The translations under genes and the position numbers were made by a program. DNA of 64,000 bases, taken from contig JAJZKQ010000001.1 of assembly GCA_021804095.1 (NCBI GenBank), forward strand, positions 17,993 to 81,992, given 5' to 3'. Below the pieces are notes generated by a model, which was not told the DNA's origin, searched no databases, and saw only the letters and a program-made list of their open reading frames with translations. Below, one piece after another: positions 1-8,875 of the stretch (the stretch's first letter is position 1; every line of letters begins with the position of its first letter). This stretch comes from Candidatus Micrarchaeota archaeon. Its GTDB lineage: Archaea; Micrarchaeota; Micrarchaeia; Micrarchaeales; CABMGC01.

Positions 1-783
1 TGTTCCCGGAGTCTGTAGATTATGTTTGCTCTGAACGAAATCGCCGACTGCGATGAAATCATATCTGTTAGTTATAGTGCCGAGAACTCCGGAGACGACC
101 CTTACGCTTACATTTTGGCATGCGAAGTTGATTATTGGCATGGTGGCATTTACAAAAACGCTCTGTTGTCTGTTCCCAGAGGTTGAATTGAGAGTATTAT
201 AATGATTTATTCTGAAGGGCTTTCCATTGTATAGAAGTTCAACATATAAGAGCGCGTCCTTTGGTGATGTTATCCTAAAATTCAGGTATGGCTCCACCAC
301 CTTGAATGTTGGGGATGTGAGATTTCCAGGGCTGAGTGATAGACCGCCGTGGTAGGTTGTTGCAAAATAGGTACCGGAATAATTGCTCCAAGGCTGCCCA
401 TAGTAGCTTCCTTTGGCGTTTGCAGCAATTATATTTGTAGGCAAGGCAGAGCCAGTCTCATTCAGAAAGCCTTGCCCGGTTATATTCCAGTATTCATATG
501 TTCCTGTGCTGAAATTGCCATTCGGTATTGGGACTACAGGTTTTGTTGATATGCAGTTTTCATACTGCGAAGGAATACTGCTGTTGTTCTGGGATGAAGG
601 CGTGGAATTTGTTATTTTAGTGATTGTATTTGTAGTAGCTGGGGTCGTATTGGCTGTTTTTGAGGGTTTTGTTGTTACTGTCCTTATTGGAGAGGTAGAT
701 TGGCTTGGCTTCAATACTATGAATGCCAAGATTACAAGAAGTAAAAGAATCACTATGAATGCGATTATTGGTTTTTTGTTCAT
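1..783 (-). CDS. Secreted/membrane-anchored protein, N-terminal part (start at 783, runs off left edge); concanavalin/LamG-like beta-sandwich suspected
   Basis: Absent from the ORF track because there is no stop in the window. The reverse complement from 783 reads MNKKPIIAFIVILLLLVILAFIVL (TM anchor). A Thr/Ser/Asn-rich linker follows (TTKPSKTANTTPATTNTITKITNSTPSS), then GNFSTGTYEYWNITGQGF...YYGQPWSNYSGTYFATTYHGG...LTSPTFKVVEPYLNFRI. The frame stays open to base 1 and carries many N-x-S/T sequons. Confidence 0.6.
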   Translation of the reverse strand, partial: MNKKPIIAFIVILLLLVILAFIVLKPSQSTSPIRTVTTKPSKTANTTPATTNTITKITNSTPSSQNNSSIPSQYENCISTKPVVPIPNGNFSTGTYEYWNITGQGFLNETGSALPTNIIAANAKGSYYGQPWSNYSGTYFATTYHGGLSLSPGNLTSPTFKVVEPYLNFRITSPKDALLYVELLYNGKPFRINHYNTLNSTSGNRQQSVFVNATMPIINFACQNVSVRVVSGVLGTITNRYDFIAVGDFVQSKHNLQTPGT

Positions 784-1007
784 TGTATCCCGTGGTTATG
801 TATTGTATCTTCAGCTTAATGGAATATAAATCTATTCGTACTTATAGAATATGATATAATATTGGTGTTAATTTGGGAAGCATACCTAGAAAATGGAAGA
901 AGAAAGGAAGAATGAGATGGAAATGGGTAAAGAAAAGGAGGAAGAGGGTAAAGAGAACGCAGAAGAGAAGGATAGGAGATCTCTGATTTGTATTGAAGTT
1001 GAAGTAG

Positions 1008-2249
1008 ATGAATTACAAGATACATGACTTGAGGCTGGCAGAAGAAGGGAGGAGGCAACTCGAATGGTCAGAGATGCATATGCCGGCTTTGATGGAGATG
1101 AGAAAGGAATTCTCTTCGAAGTTGCCTTTGAAAGGGCTTAGGATAGCTGCAGTCTTGCATGTGACTAAAGAGACAGGAGTTCTTGCGAGAGCCTTGAAGG
1201 ATGCCGGTGCGGAAGTATGGCTGGCCGCATCTAATCCGCTCTCCACTCAGGATGACGTTGCGGCTGCGCTTGTGGAAGACGGCATAGCAGTATTTGCATG
1301 GAGAGGGCAGAGCGAAAAAGATTATTATGACAGTGTTGAGAGTATTCTTGCTGCGAAGCCCGATATCCTTATGGACGATGGGGCTGACCTTCATGCTGCA
1401 GTACATAGCAGGTATCCTGATCTTAGGATAATAGGAGGTACGGAAGAGACAACGACTGGAGTTACAAGGCTCAAGGCATTGGAAAGAAGCGGAAAGCTCA
1501 GATATCCCATAGTGGCGGTAAACAATGCCAAGACCAAATACCTCTTTGACAACAGATATGGAACAGGCCAGAGTACAATAGACGGCATACTTCGTGCTAC
1601 TAACATATTGATTGCGGGTAAATGTGCGGTTGTCGTAGGCTATGGATGGGTAGGAAGAGGCATAGCGATGAGGCTTAAAGGACATGGGGCTTCGGTGATA
1701 GTGACAGAGGTTGACCCATTCAAGGCTCTGGAGGCTGTTATGGACGGGTTTGAGGTAATGCCAATGGCAGAGGCTTCTTCAAAAGGAGATCTTTTTGTCA
1801 CAGCGACAGGAAATAGATCAGTTATAACTAAGGAAGATATTTCTAGAATGAAGAATGGCGCCATACTATGCAATTCTGGCCACTTCGATGTAGAAATAGA
1901 TGTACGGGATCTTGAAAAAGAATCCAAGGGAAAGCGGGAGATAAGGAAGAATACGACAGAGTATGAGATTTATGGCAAGAAGATATATCTGCTTGCAGAA
2001 GGAAGACTGGTCAATCTGGGTGCAGCGGAAGGCCATCCAAGTGAAGTAATGGATATGAGTTTCTGCAACCAGGCCCTCTCTGCGATATATATAGCTGGAA
2101 AGAGGTCTATGCCGGCGAAGGTGTATGATGTTTTTGAAGAGATAGATGAGAAGGTTGCCAAACAGAAGCTTCTTTCGATGGGCATCAAGATAGATAATCT
2201 TACAGAAGCGCAGAAGAGATACATGAATGACTGGGAATCTGGGACATGA
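1008..2249 (+). CDS. ahcY: S-adenosyl-L-homocysteine hydrolase
   Basis: 413 aa. Typical N-terminus [29 protein letters not shown]-binding GYGWVGRG, and conserved [10 protein letters not shown] near the C-terminus. Confidence 0.95.
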   Translation: MNYKIHDLRLAEEGRRQLEWSEMHMPALMEMRKEFSSKLPLKGLRIAAVLHVTKETGVLARALKDAGAEVWLAASNPLSTQDDVAAALVEDGIAVFAWRGQSEKDYYDSVESILAAKPDILMDDGADLHAAVHSRYPDLRIIGGTEETTTGVTRLKALERSGKLRYPIVAVNNAKTKYLFDNRYGTGQSTIDGILRATNILIAGKCAVVVGYGWVGRGIAMRLKGHGASVIVTEVDPFKALEAVMDGFEVMPMAEASSKGDLFVTATGNRSVITKEDISRMKNGAILCNSGHFDVEIDVRDLEKESKGKREIRKNTTEYEIYGKKIYLLAEGRLVNLGAAEGHPSEVMDMSFCNQALSAIYIAGKRSMPAKVYDVFEEIDEKVAKQKLLSMGIKIDNLTEAQKRYMNDWESGT

Positions 2250-2349
2250 AGTTCGTGTTCGGAATTTCCGCGTGCCTTTATTTACACTTATGGACTCATT
2301 TATAGCTAAGGGTTAAATTAACCCTTGGATATGTATTATAGGGATATTC

Positions 2350-2832
2350 ATGGAGAAAGATGGAAATTTATACCTGGAAAAGGCAGAGGGCATTTTTTCG
2401 AATAATAAGTATATGTGCATCGGTACAAGCACAAAAAAGGGCAGACCATGGGTTACTCCAGTGCTTTACGTTTACGATGAAGAGTATAGAGTCTACTTTC
2501 TCTCAGCTATAGATTCGCTTCATGCTGAGAATATAAAGGAGAATCCAGAAGTTTCCATAGCCATCTTTGATTCTGAACAGAAAATAGGCATGTCAGACGG
2601 AGTCCAGGCAAGAGGAAAGTGTAGTATGGTCGAAGAGGAAGAGATTGAAAAGGCTATAACCATGTATTGTGATAAGGTGTTTTCTGGTTCAGACGTGAAA
2701 CCTACTGACAGATATGAAACAAGCGAGTATCTTGGCGCTTCTGAATTTAGGTTCTTCAGAATAGATCTTTCTGAGATATATGTGACAGGTGCTGAGAGGA
2801 GGGTAAGGGTAGACCTTAGAGAGGAATCGTAA
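2350..2832 (+). CDS. Pyridoxamine 5'-phosphate oxidase-like FMN-binding split-barrel protein
   Basis: 160 aa. The pattern YMCIGTSTKKGRPWVTPVLYVYDEEYRVYFLSAIDSLHAENIKENPEVSIAIF matches the PNPOx-like family layout. Confidence 0.6.
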   Translation: MEKDGNLYLEKAEGIFSNNKYMCIGTSTKKGRPWVTPVLYVYDEEYRVYFLSAIDSLHAENIKENPEVSIAIFDSEQKIGMSDGVQARGKCSMVEEEEIEKAITMYCDKVFSGSDVKPTDRYETSEYLGASEFRFFRIDLSEIYVTGAERRVRVDLREES

Positions 2833-2884
2833 TACGCTCCTGCTTTGGCTTTTATGCTCTTGAATCCGGAATAGCTTTTGCTCT

Positions 2885-3829
2885 TTATTTTTTAGTATAG
2901 CCTAACTTTATTGCTTTCTTTATTGAATGCTTATAAGAGACTATCCCTATTATTATAACAGCGAATATTACAAGAAAGAAGCCTATGCCCAGATTATCGA
3001 GATTGTGTATTTTTATTCCTGTGTTTATGCCGATGTTGATGAGGTTTGGATAGAGAAGAATGGCTATTCCGCCTATTACGAATGCCAGACCCCCGTATTC
3101 AAGAACATCGCTGCTTATTGTTCTTGAAACAAAACTTATTCCTTTCTTTGTTAATTTCTTTACGCTTGTAAGCCATTTGCCGAATGCTGCTCCGAAGGCT
3201 ACCTGCATAGTCATGGTTCCGAGTCCGAAAAGCAATCCTGGAAGAAAACCCAGATATGGACTTGGCATTGCAGGTGCCAATACAGTATAGATTATCAGTG
3301 CGAATGCGCCAAATCCGAAGCCGGCTATGAGCCCGTGAAGGAAAGCCGCTTTGGGGGGAACTGGACGCAGTTCTTCATCTATATCTTCGGAAGGGTTTCT
3401 CTTGTGCTCGAGCTCTTCGTGCATTTCCTTTTTCGAGTGCTTATGTATGAAGTAGGATCCGAGCTTTTCTTCGATAAAATGCCAGTGGGGATATATGCTC
3501 TTTCTTTTGATATACAATCCTGCAATAAACATGGCAAGCCCTACCAAGAGATAGGTTATTCCGAATACAGTCGCTGTCATGAAGATTCCTGCAAGGGCAA
3601 AATATGCTATCTCTGAGAGTATTGCTCTTTGGATTGTGAATCCGCTTGAGAATATGAGGCCTGATTTCATTCCGCCTTTTGTCGTTCCGCTGCCTACAGC
3701 ATATGAAAAAGTTATGGGCCATGTATGCTCGTCTGGAGTAGCCCCGTGAACAATTCCTAGAAGGTATGAAAGAATAAGCGCAGTGAAAACACTGACATTT
3801 TCAGGATTCCATAGATTTATTCCGGACAT
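2885..3829 (-). CDS. Polytopic membrane protein, probable divalent-metal transporter (NicO/RcnA-like assignment tentative)
   Basis: 314 aa with multiple hydrophobic segments and an N-terminal HGATPDEH motif. A central His/Glu-rich loop reads HKHSKKEMHEELEHKRNPSEDIDEE. It starts 4 nt downstream of a DtxR-type regulator on the same strand. Confidence 0.5.
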   Translation of the reverse strand: MSGINLWNPENVSVFTALILSYLLGIVHGATPDEHTWPITFSYAVGSGTTKGGMKSGLIFSSGFTIQRAILSEIAYFALAGIFMTATVFGITYLLVGLAMFIAGLYIKRKSIYPHWHFIEEKLGSYFIHKHSKKEMHEELEHKRNPSEDIDEELRPVPPKAAFLHGLIAGFGFGAFALIIYTVLAPAMPSPYLGFLPGLLFGLGTMTMQVAFGAAFGKWLTSVKKLTKKGISFVSRTISSDVLEYGGLAFVIGGIAILLYPNLINIGINTGIKIHNLDNLGIGFFLVIFAVIIIGIVSYKHSIKKAIKLGYTKK

Positions 3830-3833
3830 ACGC

Positions 3834-4226
3834 TCACCTTATCGGTTTTCCGTGTGGGCAGTTAGTTGATCTTATTGTATTGATAAGCATCCTGCCTGTG
3901 CTGCCATCTATCTTGTAATCGAATCTTTTTATTTCCTCGCAGGCCTTATCTGGATCTATTCCTGCATTGCTGAATATTGATTCAAGACTCCTGTGGGTTG
4001 ATAGGATAAAATGATAACTTCGCATGCCTTTTTTTGTGATAGATATGGAACCATGTTTATTTTTTATAAGGCCTTTTGTCTCAAGTCTCCTGATTATTTC
4101 GTGTGTTGTCGGACTGGAAACCTCTATCTTCTTTGAAATTTCGTATAGTCTTGCTACTACTTCGTCTTTAGTTATTTCAGCTACACTGAAAAGGCAGTCC
4201 CGTTCTCTTTTTGTAAGCCGGTTCAT
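3834..4226 (-). CDS. DtxR/MntR-family metal-dependent transcriptional repressor
   Basis: 130 aa. N-terminal wHTH (LYEISKKIEVSSPTTHEIIRRLETKGLI), then a dimerisation/metal-site segment (STHRSLESIF...NCPHGKPI). Confidence 0.8.
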   Translation of the reverse strand: MNRLTKRERDCLFSVAEITKDEVVARLYEISKKIEVSSPTTHEIIRRLETKGLIKNKHGSISITKKGMRSYHFILSTHRSLESIFSNAGIDPDKACEEIKRFDYKIDGSTGRMLINTIRSTNCPHGKPIR

Positions 4227-4316
4227 GCTAATATATTGAAATTAATATTTAAATATCTATGCTAATTTTATTAGTACCATACTAATTTGATGCATAAATA
4301 GCAAAAAATTGGAGAT

Positions 4317-4889
4317 ATGGAGGATTTAATTTTGGAATATTCGGAAAGCATTATAAATATGATTGTCCATTCATATACTATGCGAAAAGAAAATCAGGCA
4401 ATAAATGCAATTCGTTTGGTGTTAGGTTCTAAAAAGTATTTTATTGCGTTTTTTGCTATAGCTGCATTTGCATTTCTTGCTTATTCTTATCTGCTTTTTG
4501 GCTCTACGCTGAATTTAGCTCTGCCCAAGGTTTTTGGATTTAGCATTTATCTGATATTTGTTTCAATGATGATAGGCGTTTTGCTCTCATTGACAATAGT
4601 AATGAATGTGTTTGCCTTTGCAAATGGGGCTGTGAAGGGTGGAAAGACAGGTTTGGGAGCTGCATTAATTGCGTTGGTTCCGGGAAGCCTATGCTGCACA
4701 TCTGTAATACCCGCATTGTTGGCCGCTTTTGGTGCTTCTACAGCTACAATAATAAGGATAACTGGAACAATTCAAGGACCTTTTGCAGCTTATGAAACAG
4801 GATTTATTGCTTTATCAATAGGGCTTCTTTTTTTGAGCGTTTATCTTGCTTCTAAGAGTATTCTCAGATGTAATGGGAGGAGGAAATGA
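4317..4889 (+). CDS. Membrane protein with TM-embedded vicinal cysteines (candidate thiophilic-metal transporter)
   Basis: 190 aa with about 4-5 hydrophobic helices. The motif ALVPGSLCCTSVIPALLAAFG lies in a helix. Its stop overlaps the start of the next gene (ATGA at 4886-4889). It is the first gene of the ArsR-MerA cluster. Confidence 0.6.
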   Translation: MEDLILEYSESIINMIVHSYTMRKENQAINAIRLVLGSKKYFIAFFAIAAFAFLAYSYLLFGSTLNLALPKVFGFSIYLIFVSMMIGVLLSLTIVMNVFAFANGAVKGGKTGLGAALIALVPGSLCCTSVIPALLAAFGASTATIIRITGTIQGPFAAYETGFIALSIGLLFLSVYLASKSILRCNGRRK

Positions 4890-5443
4890 AAAAAAATATA
4901 AAAATAATTGGAATTGTCGTTGCGTTAGTGATAGTAGCATCAGTATATTTCCTGTGGCCTAGATCGACAGGCGAAAGTTCAGCAATTCAAAATATTACTA
5001 TAGGTTCGAAAGCTCCAGAAAATAACTTTCTTTTAGATAACGGCACGTATGTAAATATTTCCAAGTATAGAGGGCACCCCGTCGTACTCTGGTTTGTTGC
5101 TACTTGGTGTTCCACCTGCGCGCAGGGAAATCAGGTTTTGAATGGAAATTACCAATTTTTTAAGAAGCATGGTATAGATATCGTAGAATTAGAACTTTAT
5201 AAGGATCTTGGGTACCAAGGACCTACCATAACGAATTTCATTAGTTCGTATGCTCCTGAAGCCTATGCTAATGGTACAATAATACCCGCACTTTCAGGAA
5301 ATAATATGACATTGAAGTATGACCCGAAAGGTTATCTCGATATTTATTACCTTGTTTCAGGAAATGGTACAGTGGAGTATATAAGTGGGGAGCCTGCTTT
5401 GACTTTAGGTCAATTGAAAAATGCAATAAACAATTCATTATAG
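4886..5443 (+). CDS. N-terminally anchored thioredoxin-fold protein (TlpA/ResA-like redoxin, CxxC)
   Basis: 185 aa. Signal anchor MKKNIKIIGIVVALVIVASVYFLW, followed by the redoxin pattern GSKAPENNFLLDNGTYVNISKYRGHPVVLWFVATWCSTCAQ. Confidence 0.8.
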   Translation: MKKNIKIIGIVVALVIVASVYFLWPRSTGESSAIQNITIGSKAPENNFLLDNGTYVNISKYRGHPVVLWFVATWCSTCAQGNQVLNGNYQFFKKHGIDIVELELYKDLGYQGPTITNFISSYAPEAYANGTIIPALSGNNMTLKYDPKGYLDIYYLVSGNGTVEYISGEPALTLGQLKNAINNSL

Positions 5444-5447
5444 GGAT

Positions 5448-5780
5448 ATGATGGAAAAACTTGAATTCAAAGCTTTTTTTCATGCACTAGGAGATTACAG
5501 CCGGTTTGTTATATTGCATTCGCTTGCCAAACAAGATATGAGCGTGGGGGAGATAGTATCTGCAACAGGCATTGAACAGAGTAATGTTTCACATCATATG
5601 TATTGCTTGTTGAATTGTGGATTTGTAAATGTAAGGAAGGATGGGAATAAGCGCATTTATAGAATTAATGAGGAAGTGAAAGAAACAGTAGAAAAGATAA
5701 CCGAACACATAGATACCTATAAGAAAGAGATAATATCTTGTGGCATAGCAAACGGTGAATATATCTCTGGGGTAATTTAA
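5448..5780 (+). CDS. ArsR/SmtB-family metalloregulator
   Basis: 110 aa. Reads ALGDYSRFVILHSLAKQDMSVGEIVSATGIEQSNVSHHMYCLLNCGFVNVRKDGNKRIYRIN. Its stop overlaps the merA start (TAATG). Confidence 0.85.
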   Translation: MMEKLEFKAFFHALGDYSRFVILHSLAKQDMSVGEIVSATGIEQSNVSHHMYCLLNCGFVNVRKDGNKRIYRINEEVKETVEKITEHIDTYKKEIISCGIANGEYISGVI

Positions 5781-7195
5781 TGGAAAAGTTCGATTATGCA
5801 ATATTGGGCCAAGGATCTGCTGCGTTTGCCGCAGCAATAAAAGCAAATGAGATCGGAATAAAGACAGTTATGATAGGAGGAAATGCTACAGAAGGCACGA
5901 TACTCGGAGGCACATGTATAAATGTAGGATGTGTCCCTAGCAAAAGGCTCATAACTGTAGGTACTTTTGCCGAAGAGCTTAGGAAGAGGAGGTATGCTGG
6001 ATTTGATTATAATGTTGGAAAGTTGGATTATGCGGAAATAGTAAACGAAAAGAACAAAATTGTAGAAGAACTTAGAAGTGAAAAGTATGACAGGGTTTTG
6101 GAAAGCTTGGAAAATGTCAGTTTCATAAATGGAATAGGAAGATTCATAGGTAAGGATATAATCAGAGCAGGTAAAAAGGAGATAAAGGCAGGAAATATAC
6201 TAATAGCTACAGGGGCAAGGGCCTCTGTGCCGAGGATGAAGGGAATAGAGAAGGTGAAATATTTGACAAATGAGGAAGCATTGTCAGCGAAGAAGCTTCC
6301 CGATTCAATTATTGTTGTTGGAGGCAGGGTTCTTGGTCTTGAGTTCGCGCAGATGTTCTCCAGATTTGGAGTTAAAGTCACTCTGTTACAGAGAAGTGAG
6401 AGGATAATACCCAATTGGGAGCCTGAAATAAGCAATTATCTTACAGAATATATGAGAGAAAACGGAATAAGGATAGTTACAGGAGTAAAGTTATCTGAGA
6501 TACATTCTCGAAAAGGGTTGAAGGAGATAATTGGAGAAGTTAATGGGAAGGAGGTTAGCTTTGAGGCTGAGGAAATTCTTTTTGCTACAGGCAGAAGAGC
6601 TAATATAGAGAGACTTGGTCTTGACAAGGCAGAAGTACAATTAAATGAAAGGAATTTCATAAAGATTGATAGAAGGTTAAAGACAACTGCAGATAACATA
6701 TATGCAGCAGGAGATGTTACAGGAGAGCCTATGCTTGAAACCCTGGCTGCTAAAGAAGGCAATGTGGCAACTTCGAATATCTTCCAGAACTCCAAGAAGG
6801 AGATAAATTTGAATGAAGTGCCTAGTGCTATATTTACTTATCCTGAAGCTGCGATGGTAGGCATGACGGAAGCGCAGATAATAAATAATGGGATAAAATG
6901 CAGCTGCAGCCCTTTAGAGTTTAAGTTTGTTGCCAAGTCCAGAATAATTGGGGATACGAGAGGGATTATTAAGATAGTGATAGACAGGAACACGAGGAAG
7001 ATGCTTGGAGTACATATCCTAGCTCCGCATGCGGCTGAACTTATACATGAAGGGGTACTCGCAGTGAAGTTAGGATTGACTATAGATGACATAATTGATA
7101 CGGTGCACGTCTTTCCTACGCTCAGTGAGGGCTTAAAACTGGCAGCCATGGCTTTTTATCAAGATATCTCTAAAATTAGTTGCTGCAGCGTATGA
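5780..7195 (+). CDS. merA: Mercuric reductase core (no N-terminal HMA domain)
   Basis: 471 aa. FAD motif ILGQGSAAFAAAIKA and redox-active GGTCINVGCVPSK. The C-terminal LKLAAMAFYQDISKISCCSV carries the MerA-diagnostic terminal Cys pair. Confidence 0.85.
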   Translation: MEKFDYAILGQGSAAFAAAIKANEIGIKTVMIGGNATEGTILGGTCINVGCVPSKRLITVGTFAEELRKRRYAGFDYNVGKLDYAEIVNEKNKIVEELRSEKYDRVLESLENVSFINGIGRFIGKDIIRAGKKEIKAGNILIATGARASVPRMKGIEKVKYLTNEEALSAKKLPDSIIVVGGRVLGLEFAQMFSRFGVKVTLLQRSERIIPNWEPEISNYLTEYMRENGIRIVTGVKLSEIHSRKGLKEIIGEVNGKEVSFEAEEILFATGRRANIERLGLDKAEVQLNERNFIKIDRRLKTTADNIYAAGDVTGEPMLETLAAKEGNVATSNIFQNSKKEINLNEVPSAIFTYPEAAMVGMTEAQIINNGIKCSCSPLEFKFVAKSRIIGDTRGIIKIVIDRNTRKMLGVHILAPHAAELIHEGVLAVKLGLTIDDIIDTVHVFPTLSEGLKLAAMAFYQDISKISCCSV

Positions 7196-7287
7196 TATGA
7201 AATTTTAGTGATCTGAATATAACCTTTTACATAAAATTAGTTGTATATATAGCTGTAATTAGTGGATAAAGGCAGTTAGTGTTTTTT

Positions 7288-7440
7288 ATGGATGAAGAGC
7301 AAATGAAAACTGAGATATCAAAACTCACCGAGAAGTATAATCGTGAGAAAGGAAAAAGATACAATGAGTAGGCTACGGAAAACGACTTTATACTGTCTTT
7401 ATTCAAGACACTGGACTAGAATACAGAAGATTCCGATGAG
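7288..7440 (+). pseudogene. Possible remnant of a restriction-modification enzyme N-terminus, interrupted by in-frame stops
   Basis: The frame from ATG 7288 reads MDEEQMKTEISKLTEKYNREKGKRYNE*ATENDFILSLFKTLD*NTEDSDEV. It resembles the NEA-TR--FI-PLF-ALGW motif at the N-termini of type I/IIG enzymes. TAG codons sit at 7369 and about 7417, and no downstream body exists. Confidence 0.25.
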
Positions 7441-7483
7441 GTATCAAAAAAGAAGAGAACGTACCAGTTAGAACTTAATGAAA

Positions 7484-7756
7484 TCAACAAACCTTTTTAT
7501 CAGAATCTTGAGTTACTGATTGTTCACTGGCTTTGCTTGATAGTTCCAAGTCGTGTACAGTGGGGAGCCTGCCAGTTGCCTTTTTTGAATATATGGTTAT
7601 GCCGTCTTTCATCACTTCGAATGATCCCGATTGGCCCGGAATAAGCTTTAAAGAAAATTCTTCATTGTGTGCATTGCTTTCCAAAACCTTTTGGGCCAGT
7701 TCTATAGCAACTGGTAGGTAGCAGCCAACACAGAATCGCATTTCGTATTTCATCAA
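7484..7756 (-). CDS. Rdx-family (SelW/SelT-like) thioredoxin-fold CxxC protein
   Basis: 90 aa. Contains MRFCVGCYLP...LIPGQSGSFEVMKDGITIYSKKATGRLPTVHDL, the classic Rdx pattern (CxxC, PG--G-FEV, SK---GRFP). Confidence 0.7.
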   Translation of the reverse strand: MMKYEMRFCVGCYLPVAIELAQKVLESNAHNEEFSLKLIPGQSGSFEVMKDGITIYSKKATGRLPTVHDLELSSKASEQSVTQDSDKKVC

Positions 7757-7825
7757 TTCACCTTTATATAAATACTACAAAAGATAAAGTATTTATACTA
7801 CAATGTTCAAACTATTGTAGATGCT

Positions 7826-8215
7826 ATGAAGAATCAAAGTAGTGAATCTAAAACTTATTGTTTTTGTGCTCTCGATGGTACCATGAATCTTTTAGGAAAG
7901 AAGTGGGTCCTTTTCACGATAAATGTGATTGGAAATCATGGAACTGTTAGATTTACTGATCTTTCTAGAGAATTGCAAGGCATTTCGCAGTCAACGCTCG
8001 CTTGGATACTTAAAAACCTAGAGCATACAGACATTATTGAGAGGAAATCGTTTGCAGAGATACCTCCGAGAGTCGAGTATTCGCTAACAAGGAAGGGCAG
8101 CGAGCTAAGAAAAGCGTTAGTACCCCTGCTTTTCTGGGCTGCAAAGCAAGATGATTACTCAAAGAAGGTTGAGAAGTGTGATCAAAACCAGTACGTCAGA
8201 GTCAATATAATTTAA
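7826..8215 (+). CDS. HxlR-family transcriptional regulator
   Basis: 129 aa. Reads CALDGTMNLLGKKWVLFTINVIGNHGTVRFTDLSRELQGISQSTLAWILKNLEHTDIIERKSFAEIPPRVEYSLTRKG. It is divergent from the Rdx gene. Confidence 0.85.
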   Translation: MKNQSSESKTYCFCALDGTMNLLGKKWVLFTINVIGNHGTVRFTDLSRELQGISQSTLAWILKNLEHTDIIERKSFAEIPPRVEYSLTRKGSELRKALVPLLFWAAKQDDYSKKVEKCDQNQYVRVNII

Positions 8216-8273
8216 GATTAGCTACTACTTTAGAGTAGATAGATTTATATATTATATATGTATATATAATACC

Positions 8274-8537
8274 ATGCAGAAACAACGGATGATGCACTAC
8301 CCGAGACTTGATACTGTGCTTATGGTAGAAGATGCAATTAGAGATGCAAAGGAATATCCATCAAAGAGGCAGCTTTGGCTATCTTTGAAGAGAAAGGTGA
8401 TGTACCAAACCTTCAATGTAATAATATCGTATCTTGAAGATTCAGGCAAGATTTTGCAGAAGAACGGTAAGATAATCTGGATATGGAACCCCGAACTGGT
8501 TAAGAAGTACGGCAATAGCAACTTGGTGTTGAAATAA
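8274..8537 (+). CDS. Small wHTH-like protein, possible antitoxin partner of the downstream RelE-like gene
   Basis: 87 aa, ending 41 nt upstream of the RelE/ParE-like ORF on the same strand. I recognise no family; the role is inferred from position only. Confidence 0.4.
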   Translation: MQKQRMMHYPRLDTVLMVEDAIRDAKEYPSKRQLWLSLKRKVMYQTFNVIISYLEDSGKILQKNGKIIWIWNPELVKKYGNSNLVLK

Positions 8538-8578
8538 ACGGCAACAGGAAGATTAGCGTAGTCTTTGCAGATGAAAAA

Positions 8579-8866
8579 TTGCAAAAGGCGTACTTTAAGG
8601 TAAAGGTAGAAAATCCAATTCTTTACAAGTTCCTTGACAGGGCAACAGATGATTTGAAGGCCGACCCAAAATGCGGCATAGAGATACCTAAACGTTTGAT
8701 TCCAAAAGAGTATAAGCAAAAATACGGAATAAACAACTTATGGAAGTACAACCTTCCTAATGCTTGGAGGCTTGTTTATTCTATAACTGGCAATGAAGTC
8801 GAGATAATTGCCATATTGCTTGAGTGGTTTGACCATAAAGACTATGAACGACGCTTTAAGTACTGA
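8579..8866 (+). CDS. RelE/ParE-superfamily toxin
   Basis: 95 aa with a TTG start, the only canonical start after the in-frame stop at 8516. The pattern ...LKADPKCGIEIPKRLIP...NLWKYNLPNAWRLVYSITGNEVEIIAILLEWFDHKDYERRF fits the RelE/YoeB fold. Confidence 0.6.
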   Translation: MQKAYFKVKVENPILYKFLDRATDDLKADPKCGIEIPKRLIPKEYKQKYGINNLWKYNLPNAWRLVYSITGNEVEIIAILLEWFDHKDYERRFKY

Positions 8867-8875
8867 TTTTTCTCT

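Noticed and set aside
413-829. 138-aa plus-strand ORF at the left edge
   Set aside because: It is hydrophobic and low-complexity, and it is antisense to a much more protein-like minus-strand frame (TM anchor, stalk, beta-sandwich pattern) that stays open to base 1.
1068-1685. Long antisense ORFs opposite confident genes (for example 1068..1685, 6028..6435, 30073..30777, 34062..34700, 38847..39707, 52178..52825)
   Set aside because: Each overlaps a gene with strong family motifs on the other strand. Their translations are Ser/Leu/Pro/Cys-rich shadow-frame products without motifs. 34062..34700 would also run through tRNA-Leu.
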